From Thermoplasmatota archaeon (GTDB lineage: Archaea > Thermoplasmatota > Thermoplasmata > UBA10834), in the NCBI GenBank assembly GCA_018814355.1, contig JAHIZT010000053.1, forward strand, positions 798 through 64,797: a stretch of DNA of 64,000 bases, written 5' to 3'. The position numbers and the translations under genes are program-made. Positions 46,901 through 58,510 of the stretch are shown piece after piece. Below the pieces are notes generated by a model. That model saw only the letters and a program-made list of their open reading frames with translations. It ran no database searches and was not told the DNA's origin. Position 1 is the stretch's first letter; each line of letters opens with the position of its first letter.

Positions 46901-49206
46901 CATCTGTAGATCAGTGCTACAGCGTCGTCAGTAACCTCGATTGCGGGTACACTCGTGTTCGTGAACCCTGCCTCAACACTACCGGAGAGTTCCGGTATCT
47001 GGCTAAGGTCAGAATCCTTGATGGAGATCTTCTTGGTCCATGAATCCCAGGCCGTCGTGATCTTGCCATCCATCACCACATTGGAGAACAATATGGTCGC
47101 GTTCTCTTCGATGACAATGTTCACGCCTTCCATAACGGAGTCAACGACCTCTAGTATCCCGTCTCCCCTGACAACAATGTTGATCGGATACTGGCTTGTG
47201 ACTCTTGATTTCTGGAACAGCAGTTTCGCAGGGGAGGCGGCGGTTCCGTCGACATAGATCGTCTTCGTGTATGAGCCAGGCGGTACCAGCTGGAATACCG
47301 AGTTCGTGAAACTCAGTGTGCCTCCAGCGGCGACAATGACATCTCCTGCATGGTAGTATGTCATGTTCTTGATGTCAAGAGATGGAGGGACGACCAACCA
47401 TCTGGAGGGATCAGGGCTGGGCGCAGAGAGACCTATTATCGAAACAGTGACATCGAAGCTCTGATCAGCGTGGGTCATGGCAGGGTAAGCGGGGAAGGAG
47501 AATGCCTCCGTAGATTTGAATGATCCATTTACTCCTGTGATGTCGTAGGAACCTACAAACCTCGAGTCCATTGATCCACTGCCTGTGATGATGTCGGTGA
47601 GATAGGGTATTGTGGCCTTTCCGTCACTCTTCGTCATCGAATAGGTCAAAGCCGTCTCACCCATATAGGCAAGAATCTCGGAAGGGGGCGTCGTTGACAC
47701 ACTCCTCGGAGCGTAGTATATTGCCTGCAGACCCTCTAACTCGGTCGCGCCAGTGAAGTTGGCTAAGACATTGGAGTTGGATGTGGGGACGCCGTATTCA
47801 TCACCGATTGTTGTATTGAGCCATCTGTAGATGAAGGCGTCAGCTCCAACAGTGAACATTATCCAGATACGATCGAATTCGACGAAGCCTGCTCCAGGCC
47901 CATTCACGAATCTCATGTTCATGTTTCTGACATCGCCAACAGTCGCTATCGTCGACAACGGGAGATTGTAAAGTCTCTCAGTGCCTGGTGGATCGGTGTT
48001 GACAGGTACAATCGACGTATCAGAATACGCACTACCTTGCCTTGCCCACTGAACATGCGCCGTTCCGCTGTAAGCTGGGGCGACGGCATATGTCGCCACA
48101 AGCGTGGCTGAGCTTACTGGAAGGGCATCAGAAAGACCGCTCACGTCCCATGTGTCGATTTCGAGGGTTTGTGTCGGCAAGACCTGAATAGTCCCTCCAT
48201 CCACAACCGCGAGGTTCGTCAAGGATCCCGAAGTACTATCAGCGAGCCCTCTCGTTAGGGGGACTGCTGGCGATGCACTAGCTCCAGATGCCATGATGGC
48301 TGGGGCTCTGTCGGCTAGGGCTCCCGTGTATGTCTGGAAACTAGCTCCGTAGAAGTATGCATGAGACATGTCGTTGATTACTATCGCATTATGCACATGC
48401 CAATCCGCCGCAACTCGAGTTGGTCCGAAATCGACGCTGATATAGCTGTTGACGGCCAGAAGCGTCGACTCACCGTTCAGGGTCAAATTGCTCGCGGACA
48501 CGAGGTCAGTAGCATACTCAGGAAGGTCGAATATGGACGAATCATAGAGCTCCAGGGTCGAGTCGTTCAGGGTGATTGCAGGACCGTCATCGGCCGAGTC
48601 GAAGGTTATCGCGCCGCTCGATCCGATCACATACTGTGCGACCAGCGTCGGCGGGAGCGCCATGATCTCAGTGTCCGTCAGGCTGACGTTCGCGTCCGTT
48701 CTCAGGATGATGTTCCCTGGGAACATGAGCAACGAGTTGTTGGTCGCAATGAGCTTACCGCCATCCTGGACAGTGATGTTCAGGAACGGCCATGGGTTGA
48801 TCTGGTCCAGGTAGGCAGTGATGGTACCATGGTCCAGGACGAGCTTGCCGCCCGCGAAGACAGTGATACTGTGCTTCAGGTTAGGATTGTTGTTGCTGAT
48901 GATGCTCATGGTCGCGTCCCTGATGATCAGCTCTCCGCCGACTCGAACTTCGACATTGCCGTCGATCGGCTGTTCGATGTTCTCTATGGTATACGTTCCG
49001 TTCTGAACGATCAGGTCGCCCGCGGCGGCTCTCGTGGGCGTCATATCGGCCATGAACAGAAGGCCCGCGAAGGCGGAAATCACAAGACACACGACGGCCA
49101 AAGCACTCAACGTTCTATTGGCAACTAGCTTGTCAGCTTTGCCTTTCATAAAGTTCACCCACCCAGGATGCTGGGTACTGCGGGAAGAAGTAAGCAGGTC
49201 AGCCAT
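43945..49206 (-). CDS. Giant (1753 aa) cell-surface protein: N-terminal signal anchor, beta-helix-like and CARDB-like repeat ectodomain, C-terminal TM helix and cytoplasmic tail with three zinc ribbons
   Basis: N-terminal hydrophobic segment; hundreds of N-x-S/T sequons; CARDB-like motifs (EPNEANNF, DPLNNHDS); TM LFPWWVWVLIIVAVVGVVAGFTVYTYIYG; tail CGECGAF...CPKCG, CSECG...CPNCG, CPVCG...CHKCG; Lys/Pro-rich end. Confidence 0.6.
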   Translation of the reverse strand: MADLLTSSRSTQHPGWVNFMKGKADKLVANRTLSALAVVCLVISAFAGLLFMADMTPTRAAAGDLIVQNGTYTIENIEQPIDGNVEVRVGGELIIRDATMSIISNNNPNLKHSITVFAGGKLVLDHGTITAYLDQINPWPFLNITVQDGGKLIATNNSLLMFPGNIILRTDANVSLTDTEIMALPPTLVAQYVIGSSGAITFDSADDGPAITLNDSTLELYDSSIFDLPEYATDLVSASNLTLNGESTLLAVNSYISVDFGPTRVAADWHVHNAIVINDMSHAYFYGASFQTYTGALADRAPAIMASGASASPAVPLTRGLADSTSGSLTNLAVVDGGTIQVLPTQTLEIDTWDVSGLSDALPVSSATLVATYAVAPAYSGTAHVQWARQGSAYSDTSIVPVNTDPPGTERLYNLPLSTIATVGDVRNMNMRFVNGPGAGFVEFDRIWIMFTVGADAFIYRWLNTTIGDEYGVPTSNSNVLANFTGATELEGLQAIYYAPRSVSTTPPSEILAYMGETALTYSMTKSDGKATIPYLTDIITGSGSMDSRFVGSYDITGVNGSFKSTEAFSFPAYPAMTHADQSFDVTVSIIGLSAPSPDPSRWLVVPPSLDIKNMTYYHAGDVIVAAGGTLSFTNSVFQLVPPGSYTKTIYVDGTAASPAKLLFQKSRVTSQYPINIVVRGDGILEVVDSVMEGVNIVIEENATILFSNVVMDGKITTAWDSWTKKISIKDSDLSQIPELSGSVEAGFTNTSVPAIEVTDDAVALIYRWIHVTVLDGAGMPLPGVNVSTRSYVSQVPAGWAMSSAAPESLGVAKVNSLGTRLTSIGSTFVGNYWVNATYTYPAVAGQPYYADNSSGDSEISLSVKPYEKPLGRNATYATMTIPAALCDLSVNQGYTPVWALNATGVSITHLRMGETVWIYGRINNTGVASAYKVAVEFFDDFNKNGIPDVDNNELFATTSIPVIMAGLSGVASASWTASGQVDPNSHTFLVVADRLNVIREINDATPAIASGILTIKSLPDIRVSAGSPLNPSIKASIDFVIVGTACDLQARIYNDGNNVSTLVQVDFFDDGAYVGSDNITGITPGGSILASVPWNPANPGVQHTIEVVATLMGGYEEMDPLNNHDSIQIMVYDHPDLLLSSIETTPAIAVPGGETVTVRAQLQNLNAAPFVNPNLVLYVTWAGGSIAPIPWDVSGVSLSAASGSLEVTQTFTSPTVTVRTDVTLVMRVNEGHDQVETNYMNNEQTIIIAVTDVRPDLSIVSSDIYVQRGTTNVTSDVFGHQVNVRALVRDLGGRRVDAFQVEIGVRGAGYNHTIHTKANYNISSNATENTLLVTVLWPINLTTPGAYEIWVWLDGPGSIAEPNEANNFAVAPFNITQLLVDVVIISDFAEYNAGDMMVISATVTYAGMSDPVKSLPGVVFWLVDSSGELVPDSNSTVETTSLDGSIIVLLRIPPSLDTGTYTVRAVILDSDYDSATTIHVSAQVSGGLFPWWVWVLIIVAVVGVVAGFTVYTYIYGLGKLVECGECGAFIPAASKRCPKCGVEFEAGTMKCSECGAWIPAESTECPNCGVKFAGETEVEADYLERMRKEYDEIVSKYRELAKPELGKKFSEKAFEAWWMAQPGYISFDDWLAREEEKKKEGPVPCPVCGTLNPKEANVCHKCGTVFGAVKPAVAPPKKGLPPAAPPEERAVEGAPLTEERGGTQAQQVPPAMAPRMVIRRPIDRKVVPKKIIKTPVSGEEKETGSGEEDENQ

Positions 49207-49262
49207 ATAAAAATGTATTTACCGCATTCTCATGTCGAGGAAGGGTTTTCCGGAGTGTCTGG

Positions 49263-50279
49263 CTAGACCACTTTCTTCTTCACGATTTTCTTGACGAAAA
49301 TCTGAGGTTTCCTGAGCAAGCCCGACTTCTCGCCTTCATCTGCTGACTCTATCTTCTCTTCCAACTTCGCGAGCGCGTCCTTGATGTTCGCGCCACAGGC
49401 GTAGCACATGAGCGCATCCGTGCTCACCATAGTCTTGCAGTTGGGGCACGCGATCTCGTCCTCGGATGCTTCCTCCTCGGGGACTGTCTCGGGCTGGGCG
49501 ACCTCCTCCTCCCTGATCTTCTGACCACAGGCGTAGCACATGACCGCGTCCTTGCTTATGACCGTCCTGCAGTTCGGGCACTGCATCTCGTCCTCGCTCA
49601 GGTTGGCAGGCGCCTCGGACTCTTCCGTCCTGACCGGCGGGACGAGGAAACCTTTCGCGAGCATATCCTTCTGCTTGTCCAGGAGCTTACGAGCGTCCTC
49701 TGACAGTTTCTCTCGGTCTCTCCTGATGGTCTCTTCCTCCTCAGCGAGAGACCTCTCTCTCGCAACGAGAGCGTCGCGTCGGGACGTTATCTGCTCGAGC
49801 AACCTCTGAGCCTCCTCCTCCGACTTCTTGAGGAGCTCTTCCCGGTCAAGGAGGCTCTTGCGCCTGTCGGAAAGCTCTGACTGATGCTTGCTGATGTCCG
49901 CCAGTTGGTCCTGGGCGTCCTTCTCCCTTGCCTCAGCCGCGTTCATGGTGGCCTTGGCGGTCGCTTCCAACTTGGACATCTCAGCGCTCTTCCCCTCGAC
50001 CTGTGATGCCTTCTCCTGAACGGCGGTCTCGCGCTTCTTCAGTTCTTCTGACTTCTGGTCGAGCGAGGATTCCTTCTGTCTCATGGAATCCTCCTTCTCT
50101 CTCAGACGCTGCTCGAGGGTGTCGAGCTCGGACTTCTGCTTCTGGACATCCTCAGTCTGGGCCTTCAGCTCGAGGTCCCTCTTTCTGACCTCTGCCTCCT
50201 GCGTCTTGAGCCTCTTGACGGCATCTTCTATGATGTCCGAGATAGTCGGGTCCTTCTGGTCCTTCTGGTCCTCTGGCAT
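49263..50279 (-). CDS. Coiled-coil protein with two C-terminal zinc ribbons
   Basis: About 230 aa E/K/L-rich heptad region, then CPNCRT...CYACG and CPNCKT...CYACG. Confidence 0.5.
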   Translation of the reverse strand: MPEDQKDQKDPTISDIIEDAVKRLKTQEAEVRKRDLELKAQTEDVQKQKSELDTLEQRLREKEDSMRQKESSLDQKSEELKKRETAVQEKASQVEGKSAEMSKLEATAKATMNAAEAREKDAQDQLADISKHQSELSDRRKSLLDREELLKKSEEEAQRLLEQITSRRDALVARERSLAEEEETIRRDREKLSEDARKLLDKQKDMLAKGFLVPPVRTEESEAPANLSEDEMQCPNCRTVISKDAVMCYACGQKIREEEVAQPETVPEEEASEDEIACPNCKTMVSTDALMCYACGANIKDALAKLEEKIESADEGEKSGLLRKPQIFVKKIVKKKVV

Positions 50280-50393
50280 GGTTCATCCCTTGGGGAGTCT
50301 CGACGCTGGTTCTCTAACGGGACTGCGGATTGCGAACGCACACATATAGGTTGTGTAATACTACAAAGTTTTGATTGGCTCAGGCCCTGACCC

Positions 50394-51110
50394 TCAGGGC
50401 GCGCTGAGCAATGGCCCGAGCACCTGAATGCCGTTCCTGCCCACCTCGATCGCGTGTCTCTCCATTGAGTGCTCCGCAGCCCGCATCTTCTCAACCTGGA
50501 GGAACCTCATGAGCTTTCCGCGCTGCCTGTCGAGTCCAAGGTGCATTATGCCGTCCGCCAGGAAACCCTCGTTGCCGAGCAGCTGCGACTCGCCAGTGAG
50601 CGAGCGCTCCATGATGATGAACGCAGTCAGGTTGTTGTCCCTGAGCATCTTGAAGAAATAGAACATCTTCTTCCTCATGTCCTGGACGTTCTCCATGAGG
50701 GAGTACAGAGCACCCAATGAGTCGAGCACGAATATCGAGAACTTGTCTCCGTGGGTCTTCCTGAACCTCTGGATCATCTTCTCGATGAACAGGACGTAGT
50801 CGGTCTGCGCATCCTGGCCTATGACCTCGTCGATCTGGTCGATCTCCCTAAGGTCCGTCAGGTCGGAGATCTGCATCTTCATGGAAAGCTTCGCCCCGAT
50901 GCTCTCCATGTTCTTCAGGTGGCTGTCGGCCGTCTCCTCGAGTGTGGCGTACAGCCCGAATTCGTTCTTGTCCCTCAGGTACTGGGACATGAGGGTGTAG
51001 CAGAAGGTTGTCTTCATCGATCCCGGAGGACCTGTGACGAGTATCACCTTGGGCCTGTCCACGTCGTTCTTGAAGACCTTTTCCAAGCCTGGTATAGAAT
51101 CCTTGAACAC
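50394..51110 (-). CDS. KaiC/RecA-superfamily ATPase, ArlH(FlaH)-like single-domain
   Basis: About 235 aa KaiC-like fold with an atypical Walker A (VTGPPGSMKTTF, Met in place of the second Gly) and Walker B FVLD. Confidence 0.6.
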   Translation of the reverse strand: MFKDSIPGLEKVFKNDVDRPKVILVTGPPGSMKTTFCYTLMSQYLRDKNEFGLYATLEETADSHLKNMESIGAKLSMKMQISDLTDLREIDQIDEVIGQDAQTDYVLFIEKMIQRFRKTHGDKFSIFVLDSLGALYSLMENVQDMRKKMFYFFKMLRDNNLTAFIIMERSLTGESQLLGNEGFLADGIMHLGLDRQRGKLMRFLQVEKMRAAEHSMERHAIEVGRNGIQVLGPLLSAP

Positions 51111-51235
51111 TAGTGAGCCCTCCTGAGCGACGGGGCTGTGGTCTGATGCTTGGGGTTTTCAATGCCATCTGGTCTATTAAATCTTTCCGGGCCGTTATCA
51201 GAATTGAAACGATGGCCAGTCAGTCGAGCTGGGGC

Positions 51236-53854
51236 TCATCCCTCGTCATTCCCGGAGTCATCATCTGACCCGTCTGACTCCTCGTCCTTCCCGTCGCCCT
51301 CGTCTTCGTCCCCGTTCTCGTCGACTATGTCTCCGTTCGGAGTGGGACAGCTCGTGAGCGTCCTGCTCGCGACCGCGCGCTCCTCCTCGCTGAGGCCTAT
51401 CAGGCGCGCGACCGCGCTGATCTTGTCCTTCTCTTTGAGCTTCATGACCCTCACGCCCATCGTGGCCCTCCCCTGCAGGCTGATGCCCTGCACTGGCATC
51501 CTGATGACCATGCCGTGGACGCTCGTTACAATCAGCTCGTTGTCATCCTCGACGGTCTTGACCGTGATGACGTCCCCGTTCCTGCCGCCGGTCTTGATCG
51601 TGATGACGCCCTTGCCACCCCTGTGGATCTTTCTGTAGTCCTCGACGAGCGACCGCTTTCCGTAGCCGTTCTCGGTGACGGTGAGAAGATGGTCCTTGGG
51701 ATCCACCACGGCCATGCTGACGACCTCGTCGCCCTTCCTGAGCCTTATCCCTCTGACGCCGTATGTTGCCCTGCCGGTCGGGCGCACATCCGTCTCCGCG
51801 AACCTCGCGGCCAGGCCCTTCCTCGTCGCCAGGATGACCTCCTTGGAGCCGTCGGTGATGGTCGTGTCGACGACCTCGTCGCCATCGTCGAGCTTGATCG
51901 CGATTATGCCGCTCTGCCTGACATGGGAGTATGCCGAGAGCCGCGTCTTCTTGATGGTTCCGTTCTTCGTCGCGAACACGAGGTAGTGGTCGTCCGTGAA
52001 CAGCTTGACGGGTATGGTGTTGACGACCTTCTCGCCGTCCTCGAGGTGCTCGAGCAGGTTCACGACCGGTTTGCCCTTGGCGTGTCTCCCGCCGACGGGT
52101 ATCTTGTAGGCCTTGAGCCAGTAGACCCTGCCGTGGTTCGTGATGTACATTACATAGTCGTGGGAACTTGTTATGAACAGGTCGACGACATAGTCCTCCT
52201 CCTTCGTCTCCATGCCCATCAGGCCTACGCCTCCGCGCTTCTGCGACTCGTATGTTTCCAGCGGCAGGCGTTTGATGTATCCAGTCTGGCTGATCGTGAC
52301 CACGACATCCTCGACTGGTATGAGGTCCTCGATGTCCAGGTCCAAGGCGTTCGCCTCGATGGTCGTCCGCCTCTCGTCCCCGAACTCCTCCTTGACTTCG
52401 GCCAACTCCGACTTGATGATCCCTAGGATCTTCTTCTCATCCTTCAAGATAGATTTGTACTCGTCTATGAGCTTCTTCGTCGCATTGGCCTCGTCCCGGA
52501 CAGCCTGCATCTCCATGCCCGTGAGCCTCTGGAGCTGCATCTCGAGTATGGCCTTGGTCTGTTCCTCGGACAGGAGGTACTTGGCAATGAGCGCGTTCCT
52601 GGCCTCCTCCCTCGTCTTCGCCTTGCGAATGATCCTGATGACCTCGTCCAGATGGTCCAGTGCTATCATGAGGCCGGCCAGGATGTGCGCTCTCTTCTCC
52701 GCCTCTCTGAGCATGTGCTCCGTCCGCCTCTTAACCACATCGAATCTGTGCTCGATGTAGTACTCGAGCATCTCTTTGAGCGAGAGCGTCTTGGGCTGGT
52801 TGTTCACCAGCGCGATGTTGATGATTCCGAAGGTCGTCTGGAGCTGGGAGTGAGCGAAGAGCTGGTTGAGCACTACCTCCTCGATCGCATCCCTCTTCAG
52901 CTCGATCACGACTCTGAGGCCTTCCTTGTCCGACTCGTCCCTCAGATCCGATATCCCCTCGATGGCCTTCGACTTGACCATCTCGGCGATCGCCTCGAGC
53001 AGCGAGGACTTGTTGACCATGTACGGTATCTCCGTAACGATCACAGTGGCCCTGCCGGTGTCCTCATCGTGCTCGACGGTGTACCTGGCCCTTACCCGAA
53101 TCCTGCCCTTTCCGGAGGCGTACGCCTCGTAGATGCCTTGGGCGCCGTAGATGATGCCTCCCGTCGGGAAGTCCGGGCCCTTGACGACCTCCATCAGGTC
53201 CTTGAGCTCGGTGTCCTCGCCCTTGATCTGCCGGTCTATCATGAGCGCGACAGCGTCCACGATCTCGTTCAGGTTGTGGGGCGGGATGTTCGTTGCCATG
53301 CCGACGGCGATCCCCTGGGAGCCGTTCACGAGTAGGTTCGGGAACTTCGCAGGAAGCACCAGAGGCTCCTTCAGAGTCCCGTCGAAGTTGGGAGCGAAGT
53401 CCACCGTCTCCTCGTCGACGTCCCTGAGCATCTCAGCAGCGATCGCCGAGAGCCTGCATTCCGTGTACCTCATCGCAGCTGCAGAGTCGCCGTCCACGCT
53501 GCCGAAGTTGCCCTGTCCGTCTATGAGCGGGTATCGCATCGAGAAGACCTGGGCCATGCGCACCAGGGTGTCGTAGATCGCGAGGTCGCCATGCGGATGG
53601 AACTTGCCCAGGACCTCTCCTACGACCCTTGCGGCCTTCTTGTGGCCCTTGTTGTGCGCGAGGCCCATCTCGTTCATGGCGAACAGAATGCGCCTGTGGA
53701 CAGGTTTCAGGCCGTCGCTGACATCGGGCAGAGCTCGACCAATGATGACGCTCATGGCGTAGTCGATGTACGACTTCTTCATCTCGGTCTCGATCGGCCG
53801 TATGATAAGTCTGGCGGCTATTGGTTGCTGTTCTCCCTCGGGTGCCTCTTCCAT
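51236..53854 (-). CDS. gyrA: DNA gyrase subunit A with acidic C-terminal tail
   Basis: GyrA N-terminal domain ([29 protein letters not shown]), active-site Tyr region, beta-pinwheel repeats, DE-rich tail. Confidence 0.9.
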   Translation of the reverse strand: MEEAPEGEQQPIAARLIIRPIETEMKKSYIDYAMSVIIGRALPDVSDGLKPVHRRILFAMNEMGLAHNKGHKKAARVVGEVLGKFHPHGDLAIYDTLVRMAQVFSMRYPLIDGQGNFGSVDGDSAAAMRYTECRLSAIAAEMLRDVDEETVDFAPNFDGTLKEPLVLPAKFPNLLVNGSQGIAVGMATNIPPHNLNEIVDAVALMIDRQIKGEDTELKDLMEVVKGPDFPTGGIIYGAQGIYEAYASGKGRIRVRARYTVEHDEDTGRATVIVTEIPYMVNKSSLLEAIAEMVKSKAIEGISDLRDESDKEGLRVVIELKRDAIEEVVLNQLFAHSQLQTTFGIINIALVNNQPKTLSLKEMLEYYIEHRFDVVKRRTEHMLREAEKRAHILAGLMIALDHLDEVIRIIRKAKTREEARNALIAKYLLSEEQTKAILEMQLQRLTGMEMQAVRDEANATKKLIDEYKSILKDEKKILGIIKSELAEVKEEFGDERRTTIEANALDLDIEDLIPVEDVVVTISQTGYIKRLPLETYESQKRGGVGLMGMETKEEDYVVDLFITSSHDYVMYITNHGRVYWLKAYKIPVGGRHAKGKPVVNLLEHLEDGEKVVNTIPVKLFTDDHYLVFATKNGTIKKTRLSAYSHVRQSGIIAIKLDDGDEVVDTTITDGSKEVILATRKGLAARFAETDVRPTGRATYGVRGIRLRKGDEVVSMAVVDPKDHLLTVTENGYGKRSLVEDYRKIHRGGKGVITIKTGGRNGDVITVKTVEDDNELIVTSVHGMVIRMPVQGISLQGRATMGVRVMKLKEKDKISAVARLIGLSEEERAVASRTLTSCPTPNGDIVDENGDEDEGDGKDEESDGSDDDSGNDEG

Positions 53855-53864
53855 CCACTACCAC

Positions 53865-55847
<1,983 letters not shown>

Positions 55848-56161
55848 TCAATTTCATCAACAGATTGCGTGTATATAAATGCTTTGAGAATACCGTCTGG
55901 CTGCATGCAGGAACCCCCCTTCGTTTCTACTGCAATTTTCCGTCGATTTCACTCCATGATTTCCATGAGAAATGTCGGCACTTGACGACAAGACGACTCT
56001 GGCCTGTTTGGCGACGGAGGGAAGGCATTGGAGACTGGTGAGACAAGTTCGTCACGGTGGTTGAAATAAGACGCGAACTCAGTCAGACTGGACCGACACA
56101 AATCATCACCGGTCAATGAAAGGATTTATACCGATGAGGCAATCTGTAGCTCCGAACCTGG

Positions 56162-57427
56162 ATGAAAGCTGGTCGAAAGAGCCCTTTTCCACAGGAAATG
56201 AAGGGGGTTTCGAAGAAAGAAGGAATCGAGCCAGACAAGTTGAAGGCCCTTGTCCGAGCAGGAAAGGTCGTAATCCCTTCGAACCCCGCTCATAAGAAGC
56301 TAGTCCCTTGCGCAATAGGCGAAGGTCTCAGGGTGAAGATCAACGCAAACATCGGCACCTCAAGGGACTACATAGATGTCGACGAGGAGCTCAGGAAGGT
56401 AAGGGTGGCCGTCAAATACGGTGCGGACGCGATCATGGACCTGAGCACAGGAGGCAAAATACGCCAGATAAGGAGAAAGATCATCGCGGCATCCACAGTG
56501 CCCGTTGGCACCGTACCTATCTACGAGGCGGTGTGCAAGACCTCAGGGAAGGGTGGCCCTGTCAACATGACTAGCGACGACCTCTTCAAGACGATAGAGG
56601 AGCACGCCAAGGATGGTGTGGACTTCATGACCGTCCACTGTGGAGTCACGAAGCTAACGGCCGGGTCGCTAGTGAAGCACAAACGAGTCACGGGGGTCGT
56701 GTCAAGAGGTGGAGCGCTACTAGTGGCCTGGATGCACCAGAACGGGAAGGAGAACCCGCTCTTCGAGGATTATGATTACCTGCTCGAGTTGGCCAAGGAG
56801 CACGAGTTCGCCCTGAGCCTCGGCGACGGCCTGAGGCCTGGGAGCATTGCCGATGCGACAGATGTCCCGCAACTCCACGAGCTCATCGTTCTTGGAAAAC
56901 TCGTGGAGCGGGCGAGAGAGGCAGGCGTCCAAGCGATGGTCGAGGGGCCAGGACATGTCCCTCTCAACCAGATCGAAGCGAATGTGAGGATCGAGAAGGC
57001 CGTGTGCAAGGGAGCACCGTTCTATGTTCTCGGACCTCTGGTGTGCGATGTCGGCGCAGGCTACGATCATATCACTGGAGCGATAGGAGGAGCGTTGGCA
57101 GCGTACTTCGGAGCCGACTTCCTGTGCTATGTCACGCCGTCTGAACACCTGTCTCTGCCAACCGTGGAAGATGTAAAGGAGGGTGTGATCGCAAGCAGGA
57201 TCGCGGCCCATGCGGCCGACCTGGCCAGAGGTCGAGACACTTCTTGGGATAGGGAGATGTCTGCTGCGAGGAAAGCCTTCGACTGGGAGAGGATGTTCGA
57301 ACTGTCTCTCGACCCTGAGAAGACCAAGGAACTCTGGATGAGGCGGAGATCGCACAGCCCGAAGGTTTGCTCCATGTGCGGAGACCTGTGCGCGATGAAG
57401 ATGGTCGACAAGCTGCTCGGCGAATGA
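56162..57427 (+). CDS. thiC: Phosphomethylpyrimidine synthase
   Basis: ThiC signature throughout (ANIGTSRDY..., CGDLCAMKM C-terminal Cys motif). Possible downstream start MKGVSKK at ~56198. Confidence 0.85.
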   Translation: MKAGRKSPFPQEMKGVSKKEGIEPDKLKALVRAGKVVIPSNPAHKKLVPCAIGEGLRVKINANIGTSRDYIDVDEELRKVRVAVKYGADAIMDLSTGGKIRQIRRKIIAASTVPVGTVPIYEAVCKTSGKGGPVNMTSDDLFKTIEEHAKDGVDFMTVHCGVTKLTAGSLVKHKRVTGVVSRGGALLVAWMHQNGKENPLFEDYDYLLELAKEHEFALSLGDGLRPGSIADATDVPQLHELIVLGKLVERAREAGVQAMVEGPGHVPLNQIEANVRIEKAVCKGAPFYVLGPLVCDVGAGYDHITGAIGGALAAYFGADFLCYVTPSEHLSLPTVEDVKEGVIASRIAAHAADLARGRDTSWDREMSAARKAFDWERMFELSLDPEKTKELWMRRRSHSPKVCSMCGDLCAMKMVDKLLGE

Positions 57428-57433
57428 GACTCG

Positions 57434-58342
57434 TCAGAAGAAGAGTCCCAGCGGCATTCGCATGACCATGCCGACCACCAGATAGATGATTCCAGCAGCA
57501 ATGGCTGCCAGAATGCAGGACATCGCGGCCTCGCCTGTCGATATGTCGTTCGCAACGCTGACTGCCTTGCTTGTGACCCAGAGCAGCCAGATCAGTCCGA
57601 TCAATGCTACCACGAGGAGCACCGCTCCTGCTGCGATTGCCTGGTTGAGCTCGTCACTCGTCCAATCCTGGACCCTGGTCAAGTCGAGACCCCTGAAGCC
57701 AGTCGTGAACAGCAAGAGGAGCACCATGCTGAGGAGGACATAGCCTGGATAGGCGTACCCAGTGAGCATCAGGGTGGCGCTACGCTCTCCCCTGCCACCG
57801 AAGACATCCTTCGCCACGAGCGCGGTTGTGACTCCGAAGATCAGGAATGCCAGCAATGACACCATCCAGCTGACGAATCCCTGGAACGCCAGCTCGAACG
57901 CGTCCCCCCTGCTGTAACCGAGCACCTGTTCCATATCTGCAGTCACCAGCAGGCTGATGACTGAGGAGATGATTGAGAACAGGACGACTATGACGAGCGC
58001 CCTCTGCAGGTTGGTAGATCGATATAAAGAGGAGAAGGCCTTTGTCGGAGAGAAGCTGATGCGCAATAGGTCCGAGAAATCCAACCTTGGCGCGTGCTTC
58101 GGCTGCATGTAGAGTCCTGGGTAGTGGCTCATATGAACATGCGGATGTATCGGGGATTGGAAGTCCGCCGGGGGGATCTGAGGAACAAAACGCTCCGGCA
58201 GCTGCTGCTTGATGCTCGTCCCGCATCTCGGGCAGATGGTCACGCCTGTGCCATCCCCCAACGCCTGCAAATATCCCGAAGACTGAAGGCCGCATGACGG
58301 ACACGACATACTGTGGACGTACACCACAGACTCGGGCATCAT
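57434..58342 (-). CDS. Yip1-like multi-pass membrane protein with N-terminal zinc ribbon
   Basis: CPSCG...CPRCG ribbon, then a 5-TM Yip1-domain-like region. Confidence 0.45.
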   Translation of the reverse strand: MMPESVVYVHSMSCPSCGLQSSGYLQALGDGTGVTICPRCGTSIKQQLPERFVPQIPPADFQSPIHPHVHMSHYPGLYMQPKHAPRLDFSDLLRISFSPTKAFSSLYRSTNLQRALVIVVLFSIISSVISLLVTADMEQVLGYSRGDAFELAFQGFVSWMVSLLAFLIFGVTTALVAKDVFGGRGERSATLMLTGYAYPGYVLLSMVLLLLFTTGFRGLDLTRVQDWTSDELNQAIAAGAVLLVVALIGLIWLLWVTSKAVSVANDISTGEAAMSCILAAIAAGIIYLVVGMVMRMPLGLFF

Positions 58343-58406
58343 AAGTAAGACGATAGCGTCCGAGGAATATTAGCATTGCCCAATCAGAGCCAGCTGATGG
58401 AGAAGA

Positions 58407-58510
58407 TGGAGCCACTGGAGGGTATCGAACCCCCGGCCTGCGGTTTACGAAACCGCCGCTCTTTAGCGGCAATTGCTGAACAGCAAATGCAACCGCTGAG
58501 CTACAGTGGC
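58407..58510 (-). tRNA. tRNA-Thr (anticodon CGT)-like gene with ~27-nt insertion in the D-loop region and genomically encoded CCA
   Basis: Reverse-complement fold: acceptor GCCACTG/CAGTGGC with T-CCA tail, D stem GCTC...GAGC separated by 36 nt, anticodon arm GCGGT-TTCGTAA-ACCGC, T arm GGGGG-TTCGATA-CCCTC. Confidence 0.6.
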
